A DNA stretch of 64,000 nucleotides. It comes from Dictyostelium discoideum (Eukaryota). The notes below the pieces were generated by a model that ran no database searches, was not told where the DNA came from, and saw only the letters and a program-made list of their open reading frames with translations. The position numbers and the translations under genes are program-made. Below are positions 41,285 through 58,824 of this stretch, piece after piece. The stretch covers positions 1,248,001-1,312,000 of the forward strand of contig CM000150.2 of NCBI GenBank assembly GCA_000004695.1. Direction: 5' to 3'. Position 1 is the stretch's first letter, and every line of letters begins with the position of its first letter.

Positions 41285-42307
41285 ATTCATTTTTAAAAGC
41301 TTATATACAATTTCAATTAATTTTTAAAATATTAATATTCAAAATAGAATAAAAAAAAAAAAAAAAAAAAAAAAAAACCTATAGTGTAAACTCAAATCTA
41401 AAAAAAAAAAAAAATTAAAAATTAAAAATTAAAATTAAAAAAATTTTTTTATCAATCTATAAAAAAAAATAATAATAATTTAAATTAAAAATAAAAATGA
41501 AAAACTAAAATTAAAAAAAAATGTGTAAAAAAAAATTAATTTTTTTTTTATTTTATTTTTTTTTTTTAAATTTTAATATATTTTTTTTTTTTTTTTTGGT
41601 AAAAATTATTTTTAATGTCAATATTTTGAATTTTCTATTTAAATCTTTTCTGGAAAATAACAAGTTTAATTTTTATAAATTTGAATTTTATTATTTTAAA
41701 AAATATAAAGTCTAAACAATTGTTATGTTATTGAAAAAATTATTGATGTTTCTTTTTTTTATTGTTAAAAATAAAAAGAATTTTAATAATAAATTCTCGT
41801 AAACTAAAAAAAAATTTCTTTTCAAAAAAAAAAAAAAAAAAAAAAAAAATAACAAATACCTACTAAAAATCATTTTTTTATTTAAGTTATGTAATTATTA
41901 TTATTATTATAAAATATTAAAATTAATTCTTCTATTTATAATTAATTTTTTTTTTTTAAAATTAAAAAAAAAAAAAAAAAAAAATTATAGAAATAATTAA
42001 AGAAGACATTTTTTAATTTAGTTTTGAAATTTTGTAAAATGATGTTTTTTTTTTATTTTTGACAAATCAATAATTTTTGTAAATTAAAAATAAAATATTG
42101 GACTTTTGACTATAAAAGAATAAAAAATCACTACCAATAGATTAAATTTAAAATTTCTTTGATTTTAGTAATTTTTATTTTTAAAAAAAAAATTTAAAAT
42201 TAAAATCAGATAAAATCTCAATATTTTTTCAAACAAAGTAAAATACATATTAAAAAATAAAAAAATAAATAAAAAATTAAAGGAGATATATTTAACTATT
42301 AAAATTA

Positions 42308-42343
<36 letters not shown>

Positions 42344-42509
42344 TAATTTAAAAAAAGATTTAAAATTTTAAACACAAAAAAAAAAAAAAATTATTTTACT
42401 TTATCGATTTATTTATTGATTCAATTTTTTTACAAAATAATTATATTAAAATTTTAATATAGATATTAAAATATTATATATATATATTTTTATATATAGT
42501 AATTATATT

Positions 42510-42547
<38 letters not shown>

Positions 42548-42598
42548 TATATTACTTTTTTTTTTTTTTTTGATATAAATAGTAATAATAATTAAATT

Positions 42599-43894
42599 TT
42601 ATAATTTTGAAATTAAATTATTAATAGTATTATTATTATTATTTGAATTTAAATTATTTGAATTAATTAACATATTTGATAATAATTTACCAACTAAGGA
42701 ACCAATTGCAACACCCATACCACCCATACGCACACCTAAAACCACATTTTTTGAACCATTTAAAAATTCAATAATTGGTTTTTTATCTTTACCAAATGCC
42801 ATAATACCACACCAAACTGTATTTACAGTGAATTTTGTATTTGGAATGATATGTTCTTGTAATAGTTGATAAAGTTTATTTAAAATCATTGGATTTAATT
42901 TAAATTCTGTGGTAGCTTCAGTTTTAAAATCTAAATTTCTACCACCACCAAATAAGATACAACCATCTTTTTCACGAAAGTAATAAAAACCTTCATCAAA
43001 ATGATAAATACCTTTTAATTGTAAACCTGGAATTGGATCAGTTATCAAAACTTGTCCTCTACCAGGTGTAATATCAATATCATTTACCAAATCACCAGTG
43101 AATGCGTTTGTACAAATTGCCAATTTCTTACATTGAAATTCCATTGGTTTAGTTAATGTTGAATTTGATAATGCAAATGGATTCTCAACATGAACAATTA
43201 CCCCATCATCGTTATCAATAAATTTTAAAACTCTTGAACCATTTTTAATATGGACATTCCATGATAATGCCAATTCAGTGTATTGGAACATCATTTTACC
43301 AGTGTCAATCTCACCTTCAAAATTATTTTTAATTAAAAAACTACAAATTTTATCACTGAATCCAAATGATTTCATTTCCTCATTTGTGCATAATGTAAAT
43401 GCGTCACTTGGGAACACTTTTCTTAATATTTTATTAACAGATTCTATTTTCTCTTTTAAGAGTAACTCATTCGATAGTTGTGAACTTGAATCGATTAATT
43501 CAAAACTACCATTATTTTTATAACCAATGTTATCATCACCCAATCTTTTTCTTAAGAGTTCTAAACCACGGTAACGAGCATTCACTAAATTCAATACTTC
43601 TTCTTCTGACATTGTTTTCAAGTCATCTAAAATCTCTGTTAAACTACCAACACATGCGAATCCAGCATTCTTGGTTGATGCTCCATTTGGATGTGTATCT
43701 CTTTCCAATATCAATACTGATGATTGTGGTGATTTCTCTTTAATTGAAATTGCTGTTGATAATCCAACTATACCTGATCCAATTACAATATAATCATATT
43801 TTGATAATGATTTCTTTTCCCAATATGATTGATTTAAATTATTATTTATATTATTTATATCAATTAAATTTTTAATATTTTCATTATTTGACAT
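42599..43894 (-). CDS. FAD-dependent oxidoreductase (DAO / sarcosine-oxidase-like family), single exon, 431 aa
   Basis: It has an N-terminal Rossmann dinucleotide-binding motif YDYIVIGSGIVGLSTAISIKEK...VLILERD (GxGxxG...E/D) and the glycine-rich C-terminal segment typical of the DAO family (G..VVLGVRMGGMGVAIGSLVGKLL). Confidence 0.6.
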   Translation of the reverse strand: MSNNENIKNLIDINNINNNLNQSYWEKKSLSKYDYIVIGSGIVGLSTAISIKEKSPQSSVLILERDTHPNGASTKNAGFACVGSLTEILDDLKTMSEEEVLNLVNARYRGLELLRKRLGDDNIGYKNNGSFELIDSSSQLSNELLLKEKIESVNKILRKVFPSDAFTLCTNEEMKSFGFSDKICSFLIKNNFEGEIDTGKMMFQYTELALSWNVHIKNGSRVLKFIDNDDGVIVHVENPFALSNSTLTKPMEFQCKKLAICTNAFTGDLVNDIDITPGRGQVLITDPIPGLQLKGIYHFDEGFYYFREKDGCILFGGGRNLDFKTEATTEFKLNPMILNKLYQLLQEHIIPNTKFTVNTVWCGIMAFGKDKKPIIEFLNGSKNVVLGVRMGGMGVAIGSLVGKLLSNMLINSNNLNSNNNNNTINNLISKL

Positions 43895-44191
43895 TTTTTT
43901 TTTTTTTTTTTAGTATTATTATTTTTTTATTATTACTATATTTTTTTTTTTTTTTTTTTAATTGTTTTCAACAAAAAGAAAAAAAAAAAAAAAAAAAAGA
44001 TTTTTGGAAAATCGTCAAAACAAAAAAATTAAAAAAAAAAAAATATAAAAAAAAAAAAATAAAAAATCAATTACACGTATTTCAGTTTTTTTTCAATTTT
44101 TTTTTATTTTTTTAATTTTTTATTATAATTTAATATTTTTTATTTTAAATCTACTGGAAGATAATGAGTACAAAGAATTGGAACTTTTAAT

Positions 44192-44245
44192 AAATAACTA
44201 AATCTATTATTTTATATTTTAACAAAATAATAGATTTAGTTATTT
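44192..44245. repeat. Perfect 22-bp inverted repeat (aaataactaaatctattatttt / aaaataatagatttagttattt) with a 10-nt spacer, in the divergent intergenic region between the FAD oxidoreductase and SET genes
   Basis: Arm 2 (44224..44245) is the exact reverse complement of arm 1 (44192..44213), read directly from the sequence. Confidence 0.7.
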
Positions 44246-44813
44246 ATTTTTTAATTTTTCTTTTTTATTTATATTTATTCCTCAGCATCCTATTAATTTA
44301 TTATTTATTTTTTATTTTTTTTTTTTTTATTTTTTTTTGTTTCATTTCAAATTTTATTTTTAGATTTTTTATTTTTTATTTTTTATTTTTTAACTGTGTT
44401 AAATTCCATTTTTTTTTTTTTTTTGTTTAAAATTAACCAAATTTTTATATAATCCCTTGTTTTAATTAATTTGAAATTGTTAAAAAAAATCTTTTTTTAT
44501 TTTTATTTTTTTTTTTTTTTTATATTTTTTTTTTAATTTTTTTTTTCATTTTTTTTTTTTAATTTTATTTTTTTTTTTTTTTTTTTTTTTTTTTGTTGAC
44601 TATTTTTAAACAAATTATCATTTTAAGTTTTTCTTTCGTTTTTTTTTTAATCTTTTTTTTTTTTTTTTTTTTTAATTGTATATATATATATTTTTTTTTT
44701 TAAAAAACTATTTTTTTTTACTTTACTTTTTTTATTTAAGAATATAAAAAAGAATTAAGTGAAAAAAAATAAAAAAATAAAAAAATAAAAAAAAAAATCT
44801 ATATAAATTCACT

Positions 44814-45035
44814 ATGAAAAGAATAGTTTTATTATTTTTAATATTATTATTTTTAAATTTTTTGACTATAAATTCAAAATCAATAAATGATGATGATGAT
44901 ATTGATAATAAATCATTAAATGAATTTAATAAATGGTTAATAAATAATAAAGTATATAAAAATCCCAAGATAGAAATAAAAGTTTTAGAAAAATATGGTA
45001 GATCAATAGTTGCGAAACAATCAATAAAGGTAAAA

Positions 45036-45121
<86 letters not shown>

Positions 45122-46391
45122 ATAATTTATAATTTATAATTAATTATTTATTTAATTTTTTATTTTATTTTTTTTATTGATTTTTTTTTTTTTTATTTTT
45201 TTATTATTTTATTTTTTATTATTTTAGAAAAATGAAAAATTAATTAGTGTACCAAAATTAATTATAATGTCAAATATGGGTGGATTTTCACATCATTTAC
45301 CAAATGAAATTTATGAACCATCAATTTCAATTGGTATATCACCAACAAATTTACAAGCTATATTTTTAATGTATTGTAAATTAAATGATAAATCATTTTG
45401 GTATCCATATGTATCAGTATTACCAAAAGAATTTACAACAAGTATTTATTTTTCAGAGGAGGAATTAGATGAATTACAATCATCAAAGTTAAAAGAATTT
45501 ACAATAATTAGAAAAGATGGTATTGAGCGTCATTATAATAGTACATTCACTAGGTTATCAAATCGTGGTATAGCTGAATTCTCACCAACATCAACTCAAA
45601 CACTTCAACAAAAAGGATACACATTGGAATTGTTTACATGGGCATTAAGTTGTGTTTGGTCACGTGCATTCAGTCTTAGTGATAGTGATGGTGGTATGGT
45701 GCCATTGGCAGACATGTTCAATGCTGAAGAGATATCAAAATCAAAAGTACAACCAAAAGTTACCGATAGTACATTGGATTATTATGCTTCAGATGACATT
45801 GAAATTGGTGAACAAATTTTCACACCCTATGGAGTTTATAAACCATTAAGTAGTAGTCAAATGTTAATGGATTATGGTTTTGTTTTCGATCATGGTACTC
45901 CTTCCGATAATGTTGCAATAAGTGTACCAATATTTCATCCAGATGAACCAAATATTCAAGTGAAACAATCAATTTTAGAAGAGAATGAAGTTGAAAATGA
46001 AGTTTTCTTATTAACTAAAAAAATTCCATTACCAAATGATTTACTATTATATGCTCGTGTTAAAAATTTAATTACAAAAGAAACAAAATATGCTAAAATT
46101 CATTTTTTAAGTTACCAAACTAAAGATCAACCTTTAAATATTAGAAATGAAAAAGTTTCTTTAAGATTTTTAGAAAATTTAATTCATCGTTATTTAGATT
46201 CTTATGAAACAACTTTAGAATTTGATAAAATTTTAATTCAACAACAAAATAATTTATCTTTTAATTCTTTAAATTCAATTAAAATTAGAATATCAGAAAA
46301 AGAAATTTTATTATTAACTTTAAATGAAATTGAAAAGAAAAGAGAAAAATTAAATAATATAAATAATAATGATTCTGAAAATATAAATTAA
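44814..46391 (+). CDS. SET-domain protein lysine methyltransferase (Rubisco-LSMT / SETD6-like), two exons: join(44814..~45031, ~45228..46391). The intron contains an (AAT)n tract
   Basis: Exon 1 is MKRIVLLFLILLFLNFLTINS...KVLEKYGRSIVAKQSIK | GTAAAA. Exon 2 is KNEKLISVPKLIIMS... The join reconstitutes the SET N-region (RGLVA..DI..GE.LL.VP). Further along come the SET core and an LSMT-like substrate-binding region (FTWALSCVWSRAF, MVPLADMFNAEE). Confidence 0.6.
45037..45117. repeat. (AAT)27 microsatellite, intronic in the SET gene
   Basis: Direct read. It would encode poly-N if it were exonic, but a GTAAAA donor lies just upstream and the SET-domain frame is restored only by splicing past it. 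Confidence 0.6.
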
Positions 46392-46522
46392 AATTAAAAT
46401 TAAAATAAATAAAATAAAATAAAATTATTTAATAAATAATTAAATAAGTGTTGTTGGAAAAAAAGAAATTAATAAATAAATCAATTTATTTTAATTATTA
46501 ATTTATTTATAATAAATAAATA

Positions 46523-46568
<46 letters not shown>

Positions 46569-47306
46569 TTGTGAAAATCATTCAGTTTGAAAATTTGATT
46601 CATATTATTTTTACAACAAATAAAAAAATCTTTAGTTTTTTTATTTATTTGTAATACTAAAAAATTAATTATTGAAGAAATATATTGCTGTTTTATTTAA
46701 TTTTAAATGTTCAATATGTTTTGAATTAAATTTCTTTTCTATAATAATTCTATCATTATTGTTTGATTTTCTATCAGCATCATTATTTCTACTAATTAAA
46801 CTTAGAAAATATTGATAACATAACCTGTAAATAACCAAAAAATGATAATTATTTATGGGATATCATTATTGCAAAACTATTTAATAAGGTTTAAATATTT
46901 GTACTTCATATTGAAATATTCTACCAATTAATAATACCTGAATCTATTTCAATACCTTAATAAAAGGTAAAATTTAACAAAATTAATCATTTTTATTTGA
47001 TTTTTGTTGCATTTGGATTTATCATTAAAGCTTTTCAAACATTCTCTATATTTATTCTTTACTCTTTCATTTGAACCAACAAACTAATAGAATTAATAAA
47101 GGGTCAGTTTCTGCATTTAGTGTATTCATTTCTCTTAATATTTAATTTTTATTAATTTTTTTTTATTTATTTAAATAAATAATAATTAAATAAAAAAATA
47201 AAATCAAATAAAAAAAAAAAAAAAAAAAAAAAAAACAATATCTTAATTAATTAGAAATTTAAAAGATAAATATTTTTAAAAAAAAATAAAACTATTTAAT
47301 TTATTT

Positions 47307-51499
<4,193 letters not shown>

Positions 51500-51853
51500 T
51501 TTTTTTTTATTAGGTGGTTTGATTATAAAAAAAGGATTTTATTTTTTTTTTTTTTTTTTTTTACAGCATATTATTTTTACACATCATCAAATGAAAAAAA
51601 AAATAAAAATAAAAAATAAATAAAAAAAAAATTTAAAAAAATCTTTTATCGAAAATAGGTTTTATTGTAATCTTTTAGTTTCGGTATGGATATTTTTGAA
51701 ATTATCTAGATTAAATATGATTTTCGAAAAAAAAATGAAAAAAATATCTTTTTTCAAAAAAATTATCTTATATTTTGAATAAAATATCATTTTTCATTTA
51801 AAGATATTTTTAATAAAACTCCCCAATATTTTTAAAAGACTTGAACAAAAAAT

Positions 51854-51891
<38 letters not shown>

Positions 51892-52057
51892 CATATTATC
51901 ATTTTGAAATGTTATAATAATGGGTATACCCATTATTATTTAATTTCTATTTTTTTTTTTTTTTTCACAATTAATTTCAAAATAGTATAATATCCTTTTG
52001 ATAATTAAATATCGTTCACAATGGTGGTTTATTTAATTTGGCTATATAAAATTTTTT

Positions 52058-52092
<35 letters not shown>

Positions 52093-52294
52093 GGAGCACG
52101 TTACTATTTATTTTTTTTATTTTTTTTTTTATTTTTATTTTGGTAAATTCCTTTAAAAGAAGATTTTTTTATTTTTTTGTATTAAAAACATAAGAAAATT
52201 CAAAAAAAAAAAAAAAATGAATGGTTTAACTAATCAAATCCCTTCATTTTTAAATATCAAATCTCTTGTTCTATTTTAGGAATTTATTTTTTAT

Positions 52295-52348
<54 letters not shown>

Positions 52349-52426
52349 ATTATTGTATAAAATTTAGTATAATAAATTTTAATTTTTTTTTTATATTTTT
52401 AATTATATTAATACAAACTAATACAT

Positions 52427-52459
<33 letters not shown>

Positions 52460-52619
52460 TTATTATTTAATAAAGAAATCAAGATATACCCACATATTTT
52501 TATCCTTTTTTTTTTATTTATTTTTTATTTTTTTTTTAATTTTAATATTATTTTTGGAAAACTTTTTTTTTTTTTGTCAATGTTCACAAAATAAACCAAT
52601 CCATTGTATCACAATAAAA

Positions 52620-52960
52620 TATATCTCTCTCTCTCTCTCTCTTTTGTCTTAAAATGATATGACTTTCAATTTTTTTCTTGTTGTCGACATCATACATATA
52701 ACCAATATTTTTAAATATTTAAAAAATCCAGTGAATTTTTAAATTAAAGATAAAAAAAGAAATTGAAACTTTTTTTTTTTTACAGTATAAAAATTATCCA
52801 TTGGAAATCTGCATAAATTCAAAAATTATTATTATATAAATTTAATTATATCATATCTTTTTGTTTTAAAAATATTTTACATACAAAAAAAAAAAAAAAC
52901 AAACACATACTCACACTCACACACACACTCACACACACACACACATACTAACACACTTTC
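52620..52960. promoter_or_regulatory. (CT)10 tract (52624..52645) and a roughly 60-bp CA-rich element (52903..52960, ..cacactcacacacacactcacacacacacacacatactaacacac..) in the divergent intergenic region between LRR paralog 3 and the cyclin-like gene
   Basis: Direct read. CA-rich elements (CAEs) are established cis-activators of developmentally regulated Dictyostelium genes. Their function here is inferred. Confidence 0.35.
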
Positions 52961-53419
52961 ACCCTCAAAAACCACTTATTTATCCATAAGATCTATGGTG
53001 GTTTTTTTTTTCTCTTTTATTTAATAATTTTTTTTTTAATTTTTCACATTTGTTCAAATTCAAAATAATTTTCAAACAAATACACGCGCACACAAGCAGT
53101 AAATATCGTTGTCAAACACTTTTTAATATGTTTACCAATTCACTCCAATAAAAATCTGTATTACACTCATTCATTCACTCATTCAACTCATCTATTTGTA
53201 TAGTATTTTTTTTTTTTTTTATTTTTAATTTTTTTAAGTATACCATTTAATTTATTTTTTTAAACTACCCACATTTATTTATTGTTATTTTTTTTTTATT
53301 TCCTTTTTTTTTTTTTTCCTTTTTTTTTTTTTTTATTTTGTATAAATAGAATTATTTAATTGGTTTTATTTTAATAATAAAAAAAATAATAAAAATAATA
53401 ATAATAATAAAAAAAAAAA

Positions 53420-53451
<32 letters not shown>

Positions 53452-53595
53452 TAGTAAAATTAAAATTTAAAATAAATAATTATTTTTTTTAATCTTCAAA
53501 AATAATTAAATTAAAAAATTTTAAAAAAAAAAATTAAAAAATAAATTAAATCAAAAAAAAAAAAAAATAATATATTTATTTAATTATCTCTAAAA

Positions 53596-54484
53596 ATGAA
53601 CAATTCAATGACAACTACAATTAATAAATTAAATAACTTAAATATTAATAGTTATAAAGTTATCCTAAATAATAGTAATAATAATATTAATAATAATTAT
53701 TATAATAATTATAATAATAATAATAATAATAATAATATGATACCATCTGATCAAATGAAAAAAAAGTATCCATATCTTTCACAATATTTTCCATCAACAT
53801 GTGATGCTTTGGTTAAAAAAGTGTGTAGTTGGGTAATTGATCAAAAACAAAAAAATACATGTCGAGGTGTTTCCACTCCATCTTGTAAAATCTTATCAAA
53901 TAATAATATGGAAACTGGAGTTTCTGAAATTTTAGAAACTATATTAACTTATATAGTTGATGATTTAAAAGAAAATGAATACCTTTTATTGGTATCTTTA
54001 TATTTCGCTGATAAATATGTAAATAAAGCTGGTGTAAGACAATCTCAAATTTTATGGTTAATTTTAATAAGGTAAAATATATTTAAAAATAAAATAAAAT
54101 AAAATAAAATAAAATAATATAAAATAAAATAAAATATTATATTATATTATTATTATAATTATTCAAATGACTAATTATTTTATTTTTTTTTTTTTTTTTT
54201 ATAAATAGTTGTATAGTATCTTTTAAAATGTATTCCGATTCAAATAAAATTCAAACAAAAAAGATTGAAAAAAGATTTTCAATTGACATTAAAGATAATA
54301 TAATTGGTAAAATTGAAGTTCAATTTCTTTCAAATATAGATTATAACTTGTATATTGATGAAAAAACAATAACATCATTTATTACTTGTTTATTTATTGA
54401 CTATAAAATTAATTGTCAAACAAATTTAGATTTAATTCAATCAATTTTATCCCAAATTCAAAGTGTTATTAAAACTACCGATTG

Positions 54485-54485
<1 letters not shown>
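53596..54485 (+). CDS. Cyclin-like (possibly PHO80-type) domain protein, two exons: join(53596..~54071, ~54206..54485)
   Basis: Exon 1 ends ..LLVSLYFADKYVNKAGVRQSQILWLILI | GTAAAA. Exon 2 follows AG with CIVSFKMYSDSNKI...FITCLFIDYKIN.. The alternating hydrophobic pattern resembles a PHO80-like cyclin box. There is an N-terminal poly-N region. The assignment is weak. Confidence 0.35.
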
Positions 54486-54526
<41 letters not shown>

Positions 54527-54573
54527 GTAAATATAAAAAAAAAATTTGTATAGATAACAAATATTTAAAAAAA

Positions 54574-54605
<32 letters not shown>

Positions 54606-54704
54606 TAAAAAAAAAATTGTATATTATAATATTAACTATTATATTAATATTATTTTTTATTAATTTTTATTAATATATATATTCATTTTTCTAAATAAAT
54701 TTAA

Positions 54705-54970
54705 TTAAAATGAATATTCTTTATTTGAATAAAAAGAAGGTTGAGAAGTTGATCTTGAAACAATCTTTCTTCTACCAATATTGAATTTACATTGATTATT
54801 ATTATTATTACTATTATTATTACTATTATTAATTTTTATCGAACTATTTACAATATTATTATTATAAAAACTATTACCATTACCAGTAAAGTCTTCATCA
54901 TCATATTTTTCTTCTATTATACAGCATTCATTGAAATTAACTACAAAATTAATTTCAGTTTCGGTTTTAA

Positions 54971-55067
<97 letters not shown>

Positions 55068-55853
55068 ATAATAATTATTATAAATATTATTATTATTATT
55101 GTTACAATTATTATTATTACATTGACTATTTACAGAATTAATATTATTATAATTATTATTTATATTATTATTATTATTATTATTATTAAAATTATTTTTA
55201 TATATATTAAAATAAATTGAAAGATCAGGTGAACTAATGTATCTTTCTCTTTGATTTATATATGATTCATGAAGATGTGGTTGAGAAGGTAATTCTTCTT
55301 TAATAGAAGGGAGATATGAATTATTATTATTACAATTTGTTTCAAATGTAATAAATGATTCTGGTTGATTAATTTCAATTGTTTGTTGAGCAATTTCATA
55401 AATTGGTTGTTTTGATAATTGTAATTCTTGTTCAAATTTAATTTGTTGTTGTTGTAATTCAATTTCTTGTTCTTTAATTAAATTTAAATATTGTTCAATT
55501 TTTGAATCAAGTTGTTGAAATTTACATGGTTTAAAGAGATGATCATCCATACCGGCTTCAATACATTCTTGTCTTTCAACAGTTGTTAAACCAATAATTG
55601 GTGTTTTAATTCTTAATGATTGTTGCATTTCTCTAATGATTTTAGTTGCTTCTTTACCGCCCATAATTGGCATATTGACATCCATTAAAATTATATCATA
55701 TTTATTATTTTCAACGGCATTTACAGCTTGTAATCCATTTTCTGCCAATGTAATTTTATGTCCCAATTTCTTTAAAAATTTTGATGCTATTATTCTATTT
55801 AATGGATCATCTTCAACTACTAATATATTTGCACATTTATTAATTGTATTCAT
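54705..55853 (-). CDS. Response-regulator receiver-domain (CheY-like) protein with an Asn-rich C-terminal region, single exon, 382 aa
   Basis: NILVVEDDPLNRIIASKFLKKLGHKITLAENGLQAVNAV..YDIILMDVNMPIMGG..TPIIGLT. This gives the acidic pocket (DD), the phospho-acceptor Asp in ILMDVNMP, and the conserved T and K positions of REC domains. No output domain is recognisable. A long AAT-coded poly-N follows. Confidence 0.65.
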
Positions 55854-58694
55854 TTTATTATTATTTTATTTTTTGAAAAAAAAAAAAAAAAATATTTTAT
55901 TTATTATTTTTTTTTTTTTTTATTATTTTTTTTTTTTTTTTTATTATTTTTATTATTATTTGTATAAATAAATAAATTTATTATTGGGGAAAAAAATTAA
56001 ATAATTAAATAAATAAATAATTTTTTTTTTTTTTTTTTATATTGGGTTATTTTTTTTTTTTTTTTTTTTTTTTTTGTGAATGTAATTATTTTTATTATTA
56101 TTATTATTATTATTTTTATTATTTTTATTATTTTTATTTTTTATTTTTTTTATTTTTATTAATAAAATTAAATGATTGAGTGCGTGTGTGATGTGTATAT
56201 GTGATATTTGGAAAAAATAGTGTGAAAAAAATGGGATTGTGTGTTATTTTTATTTATTTGGGTGTTGATGTTATGCGTGGGGTTTATTTTTTTTATTTTT
56301 TTTTTATTTTTATTTATTTTTTATTATTATTTTTTTTTTTTTGATTTTATTATAAATTGGTGGTTGTACAATAATTTATTGGAAGTGATTGACGATGATG
56401 AAGATGATGATGTGATGTATGTTTTGTTTTTTATTATAATGCTATAAATAAAAAAAGGAATATTTTACTTTTTAAGAAATTTAAAAAATAATAAAATAAA
56501 ATAAAATAAAATAAAATAAAATAAAAATATTTTAATTAATTAATTTTTTAAATAAAAAAAATAATTAATTATTATAATAGTTATTTTTAGTGAGAGTGAG
56601 TGAGAGTAGAGGAGAGTAAATGATGATTATTAAAAAAAGTTTTCAAATTTGTCTTTTTTTTTTATTTGTTATTTTTATTATTTATTAAAATGAATTATTA
56701 ATTTCTAAATTTAAAAAAAAAAAAAAAAAAATTATTAAATAGTTAGTTTTTAATTTTTTTTATTTTATTTTATTTTTTTTTTTTTTTTTAAAAAAAAAAA
56801 AATGATGAAGAGAGAATTTTTTGGATTTGGTTTTTTGAATTAATTAACAAAAAAAAAAAAAAAAAAAAGAGATTAAATTATTTGATTTATAAACAAAACA
56901 AACACTCGATGTTAACATAAAAACAAAAATAAAAAATTAGAATGATCATTAATTTTAATTCCAAAAATTATTTTGAAAAAAAAAAAAAAAAAGGAAGGTG
57001 ATGATATTGAAAATGCTCGGTAGTGCCCCTAAAAAACTTGGAATTATTTAAATATCTAAAAAATGAGACACAAAAATAATTAGATTCTCTTTTTAGAGAA
57101 TCGTGTGTGTTGATTTTTACTAATAATGTGAATATAATTTCTTTTTTTTTTTTTTTATTATTATAAATCAATGGATTTTATTGGGTGTGTGGGTTATTTT
57201 TTTTTTTTTTTTTTTTTTTATTATTTTTTTCATGGAATTGAGATATTATTATAATTATTATTTTTTTTTTTTTTTTTTTTTAAAAGTTACTTCAAGTTTG
57301 AATAAGTAAATGAAAAAATATAAATTAAGGTGGTAATTGTGTGAGAGGTAGAGTATGATTTTGATTTAAAATAAAAAAATGATTTTATCATAATAAAAAA
57401 AAAATAATAATAAAGAAAAAAAAAAATCTAAAATGAATTGGATTTTGTGTGTGTTTTGATGTTAAAAAAAAAAAAAAAAAAAAATATTTTTCGTTGTATT
57501 TTTAAATCCTAAAAAAAATTTCTTTAAAAATAGGAAATATAAATCTCTTTTTATGGCTACAGTGATGTTGTTATTGAATTTACTTTTTTTTTTTTTTTTT
57601 TGATTTTAATTTTTTCTATTTTTTTTTTTTTTTTTTTTGTTTTCTTCAAAATTGGATCATTTATTTTTATATCGACATTAATGATCAACCCCTTTATGCT
57701 AAAAACTATATAGTTTTTGATAAAAAAGAAAAAAAAAAAAAAAAAAATTTAAAAATAAAAAAAAAAAAGATTTTTTTGATTTAAAAATAATTATTAAATA
57801 ATAAACGTTTAAAAAAAAAAAAAAAAAAAAAACAATTGTATAATTTAAATTTTTTTTTTTTTTTTTTAATGTTTTGTTTAAACCATTATTTTATTTTTTT
57901 TATTTAAAATTTATTTTTTCTATTTTTTTTTTTTAAACTACCCAAACATCTAAGACAGTGTGAGGTTTAAGATGTGGTGAAAAAGAGAGAGGGTTATACT
58001 AGTTTTTTACCACAATAAAACATGATTTTTTGTTTCATTTTCAAAAAACTCTTTAAATTTTAAAAGTTGAAATTGATTGAGATTAAAGTTTGTGATAATA
58101 AAAAAAAAAAAAATAAAAAAAATTAAAAAATCAAAACACTAAATCAAAAAAAAAAAAAATAAAAACACACACTACATCAAAAAAAAAAAAAAAAAAAAAA
58201 AAGATTTTTGTGTTGGCAACATTAACTAAAAACAATAAAAAAAAAAAACATGATTTTGATTTTTATAGTGCAAAAATTTATTTAATAAGACAGATATTGT
58301 CAATATCTATAAAAAGAACCGCCTAATTCATTTCATGTCACTATTTCTTAATATAGATATAAATAATTTTTTGAGGGAATTCAAAAAAAAATAAAAAAAC
58401 CATCAAAAAATAAAAATTTAACATTTTATTTTTTTTTTTATTTTTTTATTTTTTTTTTTTATTTTTTTTATTTTTTATTTTTTTTTTTTAATTTAATAGA
58501 TCATTCAAAGTTAATGTTTCAGTTTTATTTTAAATTTTTAAATATCTAATATTCAGTTTGGAGTGTTAAATATAATCTATAATTTTTATAATGGTTTATT
58601 TTATGCGACCCTTCTATTATTTCGTTTTTAAAAAATAGCTTTTTTTTTTTTTTTTATTATCACAAATACATATTTTAATACCCATATTATTTTA

Positions 58695-58732
<38 letters not shown>

Positions 58733-58793
58733 CTATTAAAAATAAGTTATATAAAACTTTATAAATGGTGCACGGCAAAACAATTCTGATTAT

Positions 58794-58824
<31 letters not shown>

